Shown: positions 63,542 to 64,000 of the stretch, piece after piece | How the letters are laid out: every line of letters begins with the position of its first letter | Numbering within the stretch: position 1 is the first letter of the stretch | DNA from: Podarcis filfolensis | Taxonomy: Eukaryota | Strand: one strand, 5' to 3' | Length of the DNA: 64,000 bases | Assembly (NCBI GenBank): GCA_964270895.1 | Contig: OZ185441.1 | Position numbers and translations under genes: made by a program | Notes under the pieces: model-generated | What the model was told of the DNA's origin: nothing | Database searches by the model: none | Seen by the model: only the letters and a program-made list of their open reading frames with translations

Positions 63542-64000
63542 TTATGTCCCCATGGTGCTATTTTGAGAGTGGATGTTAGAGAAGATTTCCACTTCCTTTC
63601 TGCAGAAGAAAATACAGCTTTGCTCTTTGGCTGCTATGCCCCAAAACATGCAGCTGGGCAGAGAGTGCCTCTTCCTTTGGCCACCCCCAGAGGAAAAAAA
63701 GAGACCAGGTGACCTTGCCCCACTGCCAAAAACATTTCCTCTGCTTTGTCTGCTTCCACTGTGCCCCCTCCCCAAAGGTCCACACATACTGCCACTTCTG
63801 TTTCACACATTCTGTACTTTTATGTTTACACAAGCACATCCGCTCCTGTTTCCCCACCTCCCCGCTTCTGGCTAACACTGAGTAGGGAGGGTGCCCAGTC
63901 AGATGGGTAGCTAGCATATCTAAACTTTGTGCAGAGGCCAGAGGCCAAATAGGAACTGCTAAGAGCATTCAGAATTGGTGTGGGTGGGAGACTTGCATTG

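Overview
Vertebrate genomic DNA from a squamate, most likely a lacertid lizard (inferred from a Sauria SINE, a CORE SINE and the L1/L2/CR1/Penelope repeats). Both recognisable genes are on the minus strand. Ten consecutive in-frame coding exons of CMAH (CMP-Neu5Ac hydroxylase) run from 63305 down to 48148; the Rieske-domain exons would lie beyond the right edge. The 5' end of RIPOR2/FAM65B is represented by a first coding exon at 4045-4114 and a probable alternative first exon in a CpG island at 31599-31683. The CMAH-RIPOR2 order and orientation match mammals. The rest is intron or intergenic DNA dense in transposons, with a 396-N gap. Highlights: CMAH looks largely intact in a reptile, but its last exon carries an apparent 8-nt frameshifting deletion. 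A three-level nest of transposons has at its core a perfect 112-bp-arm Penelope-type hairpin with a minimal hammerhead-ribozyme motif on each strand. There are two further perfect 45-47-bp hairpins, a tailless L1 fragment bounded by target-site duplications (TSDs), a 1.08-kb ORF-less retroposon and a 59-bp TSD. No new multi-gene system is supported. Family names come from recall of consensus features, not from database searches.
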